Of a DNA stretch of 64,000 nt, positions 10,921 through 23,749 are shown piece after piece. Made by a program: the position numbers and the translations under genes. The stretch covers positions 4,774,001 to 4,838,000 of the forward strand of contig JBHGNT010000003.1 of NCBI GenBank assembly GCA_043228905.1, written 5' to 3'. This stretch comes from Azolla caroliniana (lineage: Eukaryota; Plantae; Polypodiophyta). The notes beneath the pieces were generated by a model. It was not told the origin of the DNA. It saw only the letters and a list, made by a program, of their open reading frames with translations, and did not search any database. Each line of letters begins with the position of its first letter. Position 1 is the first letter of the stretch.

Positions 10921-13439
10921 ACGATATCTTTCGAAGAGTTAGTGGTGAAATTGGCGAACCTTCATCCCTCACATTCACCCCTCGCAGCCTCTCTCCAAAG
11001 ACTGTACATACATTCCGGTTATCCCATTGACTAGAGAAGGAGCACCGGTTATCCCATTGACATGGCAGGCCAACAAGAGTTCCTTGCATTCCACGATTAC
11101 ATGTTCCCAGACTTTGGAACCATAGCTTATTAGTTCCCATCTATGTTCACGTTCGTCTAGAGTCCCATAGAGAGCAAAACTCACAAGAAAGGAGAGGAGA
11201 AAACAGAGTCAAACTTTGAAGCAAGCTTTAGGTACTGGCTCAGGTTCCTTGCCTCCAAAAGCCGTCACTCCAACATCGCTCTCAAAGTGATCATGGTATT
11301 CACTCGAGCAGATCAAATGGAGTTTGTCTCTAACTCTCTCTCACGTTCCATTGATTCACTTTCGAAGTGGATGCCAGAAAGAAGGATTCAGTTAGATCCG
11401 TAGCAAAATATATCTTCTGCATTGCCAAAGAGATGCTCCAAGGTCTTCGGGTGTACAACATCTACACAACAGTGGCTGAACGTCTCTCGTATCAATCAAA
11501 GAACACAAATGAGCTAATCATTACATGGGACAAGTTCAAAGAGATGTGTTCTCCATTCCATTTGTTCAGCGAAGCTAAATTGAAGGCAATCGCCCTATCC
11601 TTGAACGAGTCCGGTAATATAATATACATAAACGGAGTCGAACACATCGTTCTTGATCCCAATTGGTTTTGCAATCAGATGATAGGAAGACTTATTGGTT
11701 TCTCAAATTCTAAATCATCAAAGGGTACAATTAAATTTGATAGCGGATTAACGCCTCGAGATTTCTTAGAGAGGCACTTGGAATCCATTACCGGATATAA
11801 AGGTAAGGGCCCATTACTAGTAGACTTGATGGAAGCAATGCACCTATGTTGCAAAGTCACCATTAATCATGGTGTCCCCAATAGCAATGTGGATTGTATC
11901 TTTATCCCAGCCTTATTAACAAATGGCTCCAGCATGGGGCAACTTCAATGGAGATCATCAACATGCATGCATAATGTAGATGATGAATATAATGATGTTT
12001 TTCTACATATGGGTAGATGGTTATAGTGTGAAGACCAAAACCTCACTTTTCTTACACCAGGATTGTTTCGGAGGATTCAAGTGTTATTTAACAATGCCTT
12101 CCAATCATTTGGGAACAATAATTCGGAGGTCACGTTGGGCAAAGATCTTATATACATTTGTTTTCCTGATAAAGAGATCATCATTGTGTTCTGCAAAGCA
12201 AAATCAGAGCATGTGATAGATGTGCTCATTCGGTTTGATCATTCAACCAATAGCCAACAACGTCATCCACCAACATCCTTAGCTTATGTGGAAAAGTGTA
12301 TCATCAACACCTTGATTACAATATGTGCCCAACCCACTGGCATCCAGGGGGTTAAGCTAATTGGAAACGGAGTCGTAACCAAATGCGTGGTCATCTCAAA
12401 AATGATTTCATTGATCTTCTTGGTTCCGAGAATTATGAGGACGTTCTCACATCTTGTAAAGCATGGCTCGAGCAAGAAGCAAAAAATCCATTATTGTGTT
12501 TTGAGAATGATGAAATCAACGTAACTAGGGAACGAGAGTGCGAAAAAAATATGATCTATGAAAGCTTGGAAAATAGCTTGTTGCAACATCTAGACGATCA
12601 AACATTGGAGGCGGCAACTGATGTTGAGGTGCGATCTATCAAGGTCATGGCGAAGGCCATCTCAATTTTATATAATGTGATAGAGGACAACCATAGAGAG
12701 CTCTCACAGAAGATGTATGCAATACATCAAGAACTTTGTGGTATGAGGAAAGATGTCATGACCAAGGTTGAGAAATCAATGTGTAAGCTATTGACTTTGG
12801 CTATGGAGAACAAGGCTGAGATGCAACTCCCATGTGTCGCCATCCTTACAACTAATCTTCATGACAAGAATGTGTCAAGTTTGGTAACTTCATTGCTCAG
12901 AGCATTATCCATGCAAATCCATTTGTATTGTGAGCATGCAAAATTGCCACACCCTGTGGAAAACCAACCAGGAATCACCCTCACCTCTTGGTCAGAGTCT
13001 CGTTCAGAGAGTCTACATAAAATTCTTCCATCTATTAATTTTTTCTTTTCTATTTTGACTATAGCTATTAGACTCAGTATTAACTCTGTTGCTCCACTTG
13101 CAAGCTCTGTTATACCGGATTGGACTGCCCACCTCAAACTAGCGAAAGAACACCCGATGATATCAAGTATTATTAAGTCCAAATTTGATAAATCTACCTG
13201 ATCGAAAACCTCTCACTTATGTCCAAGTACATCAGAGTATTTCAAAGAATGGCAAACATTCTCTAGAATGGCAAACATTCTTTGTAGTAATATTAGAAGA
13301 AAATGAAGGTGTGACAGAACAAAACATAGCTGAGAAGTTTTGTCTTTGGCGTGCCAAAATAGATAGGGGTACTCGAGTTGCATGGTTATGCAAGAAACAC
13401 TATGAAGAACAAAAGGCCCTTCCCATGAAGTTAAACTAA
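10921..13439 (+). pseudogene. TORNADO1-like ROCO gene copy 2: LRR remnant, partial Roc GTPase, COR and C-terminus; multiple stops and frameshifts
   Basis: 10921-11015 matches 4261-4350 of copy 1; Roc G3 region DMAGQQEFLAFHDYMFP near 11059 and YWLRFLASK...KVIMVFTRADQ (G4-like), resembling TORNADO1; ORFs 11367-12026, 12063-12524, 12383-13201 and 13185-13439 are collinear with copy 1. Confidence 0.85.
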
Positions 13440-15740
13440 ATTAATTGAAACAAAGTTTTATTCCAAAATTTAATCCATTTATTGACAAACCTACTTTGGC
13501 TTTTTGAGTTAAAAATGTTTGTCATGTTTTATAATAGAGAGCAATGAACCTTTAATTTTCTATTCTCAAGTAATGAGAATTGTATACTGTTTTCTTTTCC
13601 TTGTTTATAAGTAATGTGTTTGGTTTACCTTGCAAAAGAATTGGTGTAGCATTGTTTAGAAGCATTAAGTTAGCTTTGTTTTGTGCATGTAGTGTTTTGT
13701 GTTTTATTTTCGGAATAGTACATTAGATATTTTATTAGAGTTGTATGAAGCATCAAACGGTGGATTACTAAATCTCTTGGCTTGTATTTTGCTTGACTGA
13801 AAGTCAACAAAAACCAGAATTTCTAACATAAAAGTTTATGGCATTACAACCAAGTACATGGCACAATTTTTTTGCAATTGTGCTTGGATATTGTACATTT
13901 CTTCCTCGTAGTCTCTCATTATGAATATGGTTCTTATCCAAGGTTAGGGCATGGACATCATTTTTCTAGTTTTGTTTCTTGGATGAAAGGCCAAGTGGAT
14001 CTACATTGATTGCTAGGGATGTCAAATGGGAACCATATGGTCATATGTTAATACCCTACAATTTGCAATGTAAACCAGTAAAGTAGTGTTATTTCCAGGT
14101 TTGAACTATTTGGAATATGGCTTTCAACTATGGTATTTAGAGTTATAGAAAATTGACTTACTATACCCCCAAAATTTTGAAAGATCATGTGCATAATTTC
14201 CTATGGGTAGTATCCTTATTCTCATTATATGGTAATCCAAAATTCATAATTATTGTCATTGTGTTCTATAATATAAGCTTTATGTAAATATAACAAACAA
14301 TCCTCACGTTGATGCATGAAGATACACACCTTTCAATACCAAGAAGAGTTTAGGTTTATGAGAAAGTTATTAAAGCATTAGTGGATTAGATACAACTTAG
14401 ATCAAATACAACTATATAAAGACATAAGTTTGGAGTGAAAAATATATCTAATATAAGATATGCCAAAAATCTAAATCGAAAAAGGTCTATTGAGATGATA
14501 CAAAAGCTCTGGATGAAAATACAATTATAAAAAGGATGAAAACAAACAATCTGGATCAATACATCGATTAAGAAAATGCAAAAAATTTGAATCAAAATCG
14601 ACCAATTAATAAGATGGAGTAGAAAAGCCTGAACCAAATACAAAAGAAAAACTGAATCAAGTACAATTATGGAGAAGATCTAGAAATCTTGAACCAAATA
14701 CCACTATGAAAGCACACAAATTCTATCAAACGCAGATACTACTAAAAATATGAAAATTTAAATGAGAATCAAATATCAGAACATCAGAGAGAAGACGGAA
14801 GAAAGAGAATTACATAAACAAATAAATTGCTTCAAAAGCTTCGTACTAGAATTCACCAATTCTGATGATAACAAGTGCATGTTCCAAATAAGACTGTCGC
14901 TCGCTTCTTTCTTCAAATCACAAATCTCTGTTCAGAAAATGGGACAATATACGAAATATACAAAAGTCTACTGGTAACTGGACAATTAATGTCATGTATG
15001 TTTTGGTTGTTTTTTTGTTTTGCAATTTAAGGGGGAGAGATCTATTTGAATATTCTACAATCCTTGCCGTGACTACATAAGCAGTTACTAATCCACACTA
15101 TCTTTTGCCAAAGATCAAATTATCTTCGAGAAGAGATAAATACCTTTTTCCCATGATTTTTGAATTATTTTCCAATGAAAAGAAATCCATGATTGTTTTC
15201 ATTACATCAAAAGTAGAATCACACACATAAATAAGCAACTTTCATTGCAAATTTTCTCCTTCCCACAAAAATAATTAGCAAACCAGTTATTCCTCAATTA
15301 CTTAATCCTAGTACTTCCATTCTACTATTAAATTTGGGGTATTACTCATTATACTATTCTTATGTTATAGAATTTTTACTTATCATATTTTTTTGCAAAG
15401 ATGAAATACTAATAGTACCTAACTCAAAACATCATCTTGTCGGCCATCTGGAAAAAGAAGAATGAATAATAATAATATAACACCAAGGAAATGATATTAT
15501 TGTATCCTTTCCAATCAGATCTTAGAACAAACTTTTCTAATAATTGATTTCTTGCCTTAGGACAAAAAATGCAAGTGAGTCAAGATCACTTGACACAAAA
15601 TAGTTATTAATATTGATTAGTTGTAGTTTTTTCCTTCATAATATATTCTATTTGTTCGAAAAGGTAGTGGTATCTCTCTCTCATTTCATGAAAAAACAGT
15701 GGAATGACATAGTGTTCCTCTGATCCCTCCGGGCCCCCAT

Positions 15741-16010
15741 CCAAAAAAAGCATAAAAACGATAGATTTGCATGTCTAAACCCATGTGTTCCATACAATGT
15801 CATCTACATACGACGCATCTCAAATCACTTTTGGACATAAAAGTCTTAACTTTGAAAGACGTTTGTGAAAAGTAAGTGGTGTTCTATATCAATGCCTAGG
15901 CAATGGACCCTTCACAAATCATATATTCGCATCTTGCTTTACAATAGCCAAATAAGTCCAAGTCATGGCATAGAAACTACTTTAAATAAGTCATACATAA
16001 ATAACTTCAA
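15741..16010 (+). repeat. Diverged direct repeat, second copy at about 51712-52035
   Basis: Shared blocks GCATAAAAAC.ATAGATTTGCATG, GACATAAAAGTCT.AACTTTGAAAGA, TATCAATGCCTAGG, CTTCACAAATCATAT, AAATAAGTCCAAGT. Confidence 0.85.
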
Positions 16011-16428
16011 CACATAAACAACTTCAACTTATCATTAGTTTATTGTGCTGTAAACTCACTCTTGCAAATTTTATCTCATTAAAAAGATAAGGCTATGATT
16101 GAGAGAAAGAGTGCTCAATATTGCAACATACCTAGATGAGACACATTGATATAACAACATTGCCCACTTTTTTTTTTTTTCAAAATGAAGCTACTTCCCA
16201 TTAGTTAGGAAGGATTATTACAAAGAGACTGTACAAGGAGGCTTACACATAGATTGAGGAATCTCCCTCCGATCAAGTTCAAGAAAATGAGACTAGTTAC
16301 AACGCCTTTCGGACTGCCTACTTAATGTAAGTACCTATAGCTAAACACGGTGCCCTTCAATGATAGCTAGTACGAGACAACTCCTGGGGTCGATAGCGAA
16401 GGGAGGGTGGTAAGTGAGTCGGAAACAG

Positions 16429-19400
16429 CTAGCGTGGGGGCTGGTAGTTCCACCTTGGGCCTCTTCCTCCTTGTGTCACCATAGGCGTGTTCCGCCATTT
16501 CTGCCAAAAGCGCAAACGGGCAGTAACCACGTCATTGGAATGGCTACAAACCTCGTCCAATTGCCCTCGTAGGCAGATGATAAGCGCAAACCATATGTCC
16601 ATGATCACTTCCTCCGGTGGCCGCACCAGATCCTCAAAGACCTTTCGGCAACGCGCTTTCCATACATACCACAGGGTGAAGCCTGCGATCAACATCCAAA
16701 TGTCCAAGAACCTAGGGGATGCGGACTGCAAGCCTCTCTCAAATCGAATCTTGGCGATTTTGCCTCTCATGCATACGTAGCACCAACTATCTACATTGAG
16801 GGCGTCCGTCCACCTATCAATAGAGTGATCAAGCCATGCCGCAACACTCCATGATGTTGTTCCTTCCACTTCACATGCCACAAGGAGGCGAGTCACTCTA
16901 TCCCATACCTTTTGAGCTTGAGGGAAATCCCACAAACAATGCCGTAGAGTCTCAATAGGTGAATGGCAAAGTGGGCAGCCTAACGGGCTGCCACGTTTAC
17001 CTAGCCATTCGCCAATGGGAACCACATTATGACTGATTTGCCACCAAAAAAACTTTATCTTTTCAGGCATGTGGAGATGCCAAAGACCCTTCCAAAAGGT
17101 AATGAGCACCTCATTAGGGATGCCCAATGTACACCAGCCATTGCGTAAGGGACCGTCTAGCTGGAGTTGAAAAGCCCGGCCCAGTTTAGTGTTGTACTCG
17201 AAGAAATGGAGAAATCTGTCATCCTGTTTCTACCTGAAATATCTTGGGTCCCATTCTAGTTCGACGAGGGGAAGATTCCCATATACCCATAACTTCCAAT
17301 GGTGTTCCACCTTAGCAACATCCGGGTATGTCTTCCAGATGTTGCCAACCTGTGCCACCACGCGGATTGGGTGCCAAGAGCCCCTACTCTGACTCTCCCC
17401 AGAAATTGTATCTCTTCCCGATCCGCTTACGCCCTTCAACAACTTAACCCTTCCAGTCTCATCAAAGAGACCGAATCAGGCATCTTCTCTCACCTCCTCC
17501 ATCAGAACCCTATCAACTGCCTCAGCTATCAATCTCCGCATTTTCATGGCTCCCTTGAGGGGAGCGAATGGAACCTCTTGGGCTCCTCCTAAAGCCACCG
17601 TGCATCTCGAATCATCTATAGAGTGGAGCCCTATTTGCGCCAAGTTTCCCCATGCTAGGCCCTTAAGCTGGCCTAACATCATGTCGTCACTTGTTCGCAC
17701 CTGAGGGTTCCAAAATAATGGTTGTCTAGACCACTCAATTAGTGTCTTCGGCGTGTGCTTGACCAAATGATGTCGTATGTGACACCATGCCCGGAAGATG
17801 GAGTTCGTGACCCTCTCCTCCGGAAGACAAGCCATCTTGGGTGGGACTCCACTCGTGCAACACCAATTCAAGGAGTCGGGCCAATGCCTACCATACTTGG
17901 GAGTCCCTGCCTGCAACCTATTGCGAAGTAGAACTTCCAACAACCCTTACCTGGCAGGAGGCATTGAACCACCATTTTGGCTAGCAATGCTCGGCACTGC
18001 ATTAAGGGGTCAATGAGGCCAAGCCTCCCTTTGGCCCACGGTTGTGTTAACCAATGCCATGACACTCTAGTGGCAGCCATCGGGTTGTCCTTACCTCACC
18101 ATATAAACCCGCTGATGTCAGCCTTAATCTCATGCAAACTTGAAGGGTCCATAATCCAGCAGGAGACTAAGTGCCACATGGTGGCGAGCATCAGTTGGTT
18201 CGCAATAAGAACCCTACCAGCAAAGGGTAGTTTAGACTTGCTCCATTGGTTCAACTTCTTGCTTAGTTTGGTTTGCTCATGGGACAATTGCACTCCCTTG
18301 GGGATTGCCCTCCCCATCATAAATCCTAGGTACTTGAATATTGTCCCATCAAGGACCCATGCAAAATTAGCATGGGGATGCCACCTTGGCTTCTCTTGTT
18401 CCTGAACTAGAGGCCTTGGGTTTTATCCCAATTGACCTTGGCGCCAACAGCCTAACAAAAGTCCTCAACAAGATGTTCAGCTCGTTGCAAATTTGCATCG
18501 TCGCCCTGCAAGAAAAGGACCGTATTGTCGGCATATATAGATAACAAAAGATCCTTAGTCACATTGGGCATGGACAATCCTCTTAGTCCGCTACTTGGTG
18601 TTTGTAAGTAGGTAGAGAAAGCCTTGGTTACAAATAGATAGAGATATGGGGCTAGGGGACAACCTTGCCTCACTGAGCGATGTAGTTGAAAGGTGGGGCC
18701 CCTAGCACCAGATACCAACACGCTACTGGTAGCAATCCGATAGAGTACAGAAGTGCAATTCCTCCATTGCTAGGGAAGGCCCATAGCTCTCATCAGTCTT
18801 TCCAGAAGGGGCCATAACACCCTGTCGTAGGACTTCTCAAAGTCTAACAACAAAATAGCCGAGCTCGATATGGCGCGATTTGCCAATGCACCATAACTTC
18901 CCAGAGAAGCAACACATTATCAAAGATACATGTAACCCTGATAAACCTTGTTTGATTCTCATGTATGATGTCTGGTACGAAGCTTGCTATCCACCTAGCT
19001 AGGACTTTTGCGAGTATCTTGTATATCGTGTTAAGGATCGTGATTGGACGCCATTGGCGCAGCTTGAGGCTTTGCCCTGCCACTTTAGGAATGAGATAGA
19101 TCATCCCCTCAGCCCGGCCAATTGGCATCGCTCCTGAGGTCCAAATCTCTTGAATCCTGGCTTCCAATGACGGGATAACAGTTTCCCAATGAATCTCAAA
19201 AAATCTTGTGAGAGACCATCGGGGTCGGGGCATGCTCTTCTCTGCAAATCCCTAAGTACCTTCGAGAGTTCTAATCAAGAAATGGGGCTATCGACCACAA
19301 CTTCCATCTCATGGGTTACCTTGGGGTCAAATGCAAGCCAACACCCTCTCAGCCAGCTCTGTGTTTTGCCGCATATGCATAGGTGCTAGCAAGTCGTGAT

Positions 19401-20669
19401 AGTGTTGTGTTGCCATATGCAGAATCTCATTCTTGTCCTCCGTTATTGAGCCGTCTGGTTTGCGCAACCCTTGTATATGTCCACCACCACCCATGGGTGC
19501 CCTGAAGTGAAAGTAATGACGGTTGACCTTGTCTCTATTCTAGCCCACCATGTTGCGGTCCTTCGAAATAACATTCAGTTCTTCTCCAGCGTCCTTTCCC
19601 GCAACTTCAACTTTGTTTCCTCCAGCTTAGCTCTAGACCAATTGCAGCTAGGGTCTTCTTGTAGCAACCGTTGCACATCCACAACAGACTTCCATAATTT
19701 TGTTTCAATGGCTCTAGCTTGCTTGAGGGCCAACTTGGTTTCCTGTTGTAAAAAGGAGGAAGAGAGGGCCAATTTCTTCTGCAAATCCTCACTCGCCGAT
19801 TCACTTACAATGTTCTCTCGCCATATGCTCTGCAACCCTGCTTACACCTTTGCACTCTTCATGATTTTTGTGGGGATTTTCACATTGAGACTCCCCTTGC
19901 TACTGCGGGGTGGGTTAAGGTCTAGTCTCATCGGCTGGTGATCCGAGAAGGTAAGACCTACCAAGATAACGAAGGAGCCCCCCAACTCTTCGAGGGATGA
20001 GCTGATGTATATGCGGCCTAGCCGTGCAAGACTACCACCCCTAGCATTCACGACAGCTCAAGAGAAGTGTAGAGAATGTGAGCATCTCCTAAGGGAAGAG
20101 CCCCATGTATCCGTCACACCAATTTTTCCAATTAGGAAAGCCCATGAGTCCAACTCTGCACCATGAAGCGGTCTTTGGGTCCCCCCTTTCCTATCTCCTA
20201 GATGCTCAATCATGTTCAAATCTCCGGCCATTACCCACGCCTTTGCATTAGGAAATGTTGTTGCTAACATCCTCCAAAAGATTGATCTCTCGGGGGAAGA
20301 GTTAGGGGCATAAATGTTTAGCATCCCAATTTGAAAGCGATTCCATTTCAAAAGCACATATAAGGCTCTACCCGCCACCAACGTGCCATGTGATGTGGCT
20401 TCATAATGGGCCTGATTGCTAATCGAGATGCAGACCCCTCCTCTTCGGTGGAGGTCACCCCGTGCAGCCAACCACCATGTGGTCCATCCACCCGACAAGG
20501 GGTTTACTAGGCTCTGAGTTCTCTCTTGAGAGAGGTGGTGTTCTTGCAAAAGCAATATGTCAATGTTACCCCTTATATTAAGGGGATTCAACTCCTCCCG
20601 AATTCTTTTGCACTCATGTTGTCGCTGGCCTCCACCAAGGCCCTACACATTCCACGTTAGGATCCTCAT
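16429..20669 (-). pseudogene. LINE ORF2 (APE endonuclease, reverse transcriptase, zf-RVT), disrupted
   Basis: MRILTWNV, LLLQEHHL, NIYAPN, AGDLN, FSDH (EN); WRPITILNTIYKILAK, RQGCPLAPYLY, YADN (RT); CPLC...ETLRHCLWD. Confidence 0.92.
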
Positions 20670-21310
20670 CTAAAGGCGGTGAGGTTGATGCCCATGTCGG
20701 GGCCAACCCCCATGTCAGGGGGCAAACTATCATCTAGTTCCCAGCCCGTCGTTCCCGGTCCACTTCAAATAGTTCCTGCGATACAGTTTGGCTCCTAAGT
20801 GGTTCCATATCTTGCACCCCTCAAGCTCAGAGAGACGTCGCCAAACTAGGTGATGGTCTACCTATTTTGCCCTTGATCGTGTCTGTCCGGATCCACGACT
20901 TCACTAATCTAAGGTCACCACCACATTCACATTCCATCATGAGGGGAGCCTTTGTCAACATCTCCTCCGAGGTGGACGGTACCTATTGTGGTTGCATCTC
21001 CATCGGGGTGGAGAACACGAGCTTGGGGGACAAGCATTCACATGGGGACAACGTTGCTGCCAACGCTTCTGGGTCGCCATCCTCTAGCCCTTGGAGCAAT
21101 GTAAATCTATTGGACGCTCTCACCTGTAGGTTGTGCACCTCCACACTCCCCAAGAGGATCTTTAGCCGTTTCAAGGGTTGTTCATCCACACTTGCTGGTA
21201 ACAAGGTAGGAGAACTTCTTTCTACGAGACAGTCTTGAAAGAGGGGGGGAGAGGCTGCACCTAGGCTTCAAAGTTTCCCCTGCTTCTTAACGGGGTGCCA
21301 AGGAGCCTCA
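20670..21310 (-). pseudogene. LINE ORF1 C-terminal remnant (continues 48018-48774)
   Basis: Lies between the ORF2 start and the copia insertion; frame continues KGNE|APWHPVKK when the copia is removed. Confidence 0.6.
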
Positions 21311-22214
21311 TGTTGGGAATATGTCCCTCCAGTGGGACGAGGAACCGATTGTCCAGAAGTTGCTGGCAGTCGATGACTACGAGGAACCGATTGTCCAAAA
21401 GTTGCTGACAGTCGATGACTACGAGGAGACGGCTGATTGGACCAAGGAGTGCCGATAGTTGAAGACAGGGAAGATCAGACCGTTCGGAAAGCCGATAGTC
21501 GAAGAGTCGAAAACAGTGAGTTGACTTTTTTATAGTTCGATTATTATTATTATTATTATAATAATGATAAGTAGCAGTGCGACGAGGAACCGATTGTCCA
21601 GAAGTTGCTGCCAGTCGATGACTACGAGGAACCGATTGTCCAAAAGTTGCTGACAGTCGATGACTACGAGGAGCCGGCTGATTGGACCAAGGAGTGCCGA
21701 TAGTTGAAGACAGGGAAGTTCGGACTGTTCGGAAAGCCGATAGTCGAAGAGTCGAAAACAGTGAGTTGACTTTTTTATAGTTCGATTATTATTATTATTA
21801 TTATAATAATGATAAGTAGTAGAGGCTACATTTGTAAATAACCCATACAGTGTATAAGTATAAATAGAGTTAGGGCAAAACGTGAGAGAAGAGAGAATAG
21901 AAGAGATAGAGCGCGAGAGCGTGAGGAGTGAGACAGAGAGAGTGAGTGTGAGCGGCACCATAGTTGTGTGCGTAACATCAGACGCTAAGAGCCCTGCGTG
22001 GCTGATACACTCGAAGGAGTGTTGTAACATTTGGTACAGTTGTATATCCACTATACATAGTGAAGCTCTATTCTCCGTGGTTTTCTCCCATTTTAGGGTT
22101 TCCATATTAAATCTCTGTGCACCATTGTTGTCCTGTTTTTTTTTTCTGGCATATCTGTGAGTCGTATTTCAGCACATTTCAGTTATTGTGATTTGACCGA
22201 ATGATTTCTCAACA
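21311..22214 (+). repeat. copia 5' LTR with an internal 245-bp tandem duplication
   Basis: GACGAGGAACCGATTGTCC units start at 21336 and 21581; the 3' LTR has a single copy. Confidence 0.9.
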
Positions 22215-22242
22215 AACTGGTATCAGAGCTTGAGGTGCAAGC

Positions 22243-23555
22243 ATGGAAGGAGGTGTGAGTGGTTTCCTAGGTATGATAGTTCTCAACTCACAAAACTATG
22301 CAGACTAGAAGATCAAGATGGAAGACCTTCTCATAGTTAAAGACCTGTACGAGCTAGTCGAAAGAGCAGAAATACCCAAGGGGGTATTGGAGTCGGACTG
22401 GAAGCTTCTGAATAGAAAGGCGGTGGCCACTATTCAAGAATGTGTCGATGTAAGTGTCCTTCAGCATGTGGCGAACGACACAAATGTCACAACATGTGGC
22501 AGAAGCTGTTGGGTCTGTATGAGAGGAAGAACGTGCTCATTAAAACCTCGTTGATGAGAAAAATCTTACTGTTGAAATACAGAGACGTTGAGAGCATCCT
22601 CGAACATATCAGCACGTTCATGGGGTATGCAAATCAACTTGTTGCGAGCAAGTTTCCCTTGGATGATGCAATGCAGGCCATCCTGCTGATGTGCATATTG
22701 CCAGATAGCTAGGAGAACTTGGTGGTTACTCTCAGCACCTCCTGTCAAGAAGAGAACTTGTCTTTATAGATGGTGGAGACAAGCATCCTGAATGAGGAGG
22801 CAAGGAGGAAGGACAAAGGAGTTCTGTCCCAATCAGAGTCGAATGTGACTCAATGGGCAGACAGAGGAAGGAACCGGCAAAGAAGTCCACCGAGGAGAGA
22901 AAAGTCCCAAGCCAGATTGAAGTCCAGAGTTAGCCGGTATGCTTTTATTGTGGAAAGCCTGGACATTCTAGAAGGATTGTCGACACTTAAAGAAAGATAA
23001 GACTGTCGGAAATAATGTCGAACCCAGGAAGATTACTGATGAGAAGAACACTTCGGCCATTGCTACGACCAATGAAGAACTCCTGTTCATTTGTGAATAG
23101 ACGAGTGCAAATCTTGCAAGTGAAGATTGCATGTGGGTGATTGATTCTGGGGCATCGTTCCACATAACTCCATCGAGAGAGTATTTCTCGACTTACATAG
23201 CCGGGGATCATGGCTATGTAAAGATGGGTGACAGTGGAGAGTGTAGGGTAACCGGAGTCGGAAGTGTTTGCTTAACAACGTCGATAGGGTGTCGACTGAC
23301 ACTAAAGGATGTTCGACACGTCCCCGATATCAGATTGAATATGATATCTATAGGAAGGTTAGATGACGAAGGCTATAGTGGTAGCTTTCGAAATTGCAAG
23401 TGGAAGTTCTGTTGAGGAAATCTTATAGTGGTTCGAGCACAGAAAGAAGGCACATTATACATGATGCATGCTCGACTGTGCAAATCGGCAGTAAATGTGG
23501 CAGCCGACTCGGCAGGTGAGATATGGCATAAGAGGCTAGGCCACATGAGTGAGAA
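22243..23555 (+). pseudogene. copia gag/protease/pre-integrase remnant
   Basis: MEDLLIVKDLYE, WVIDSGASFH, WHKRLGHMSEK; stops and frameshifts; homologous to the element at 1-3298. Confidence 0.9.
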
Positions 23556-23749
23556 AACACGTTCGTGTTCACAAGTGGAAGGATCACACATAAATGGAAG
23601 GATAAGGAATATTTTGGTTGATTTTAGTAATTTTTCAATGATTTTACAAAACACATTGATACCAGTATCATACATGTTCAAATATGCTATGAAAAAGGTT
23701 AAGAACCCACTATTTTCATGATTTAGAAATAAATAAAAAAAGAGGAATT

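Noticed and set aside
14380-14800. A-rich degenerate repeats and short hydrophobic ORFs
   Set aside because: Low-complexity minisatellite-like DNA with no recognisable motif
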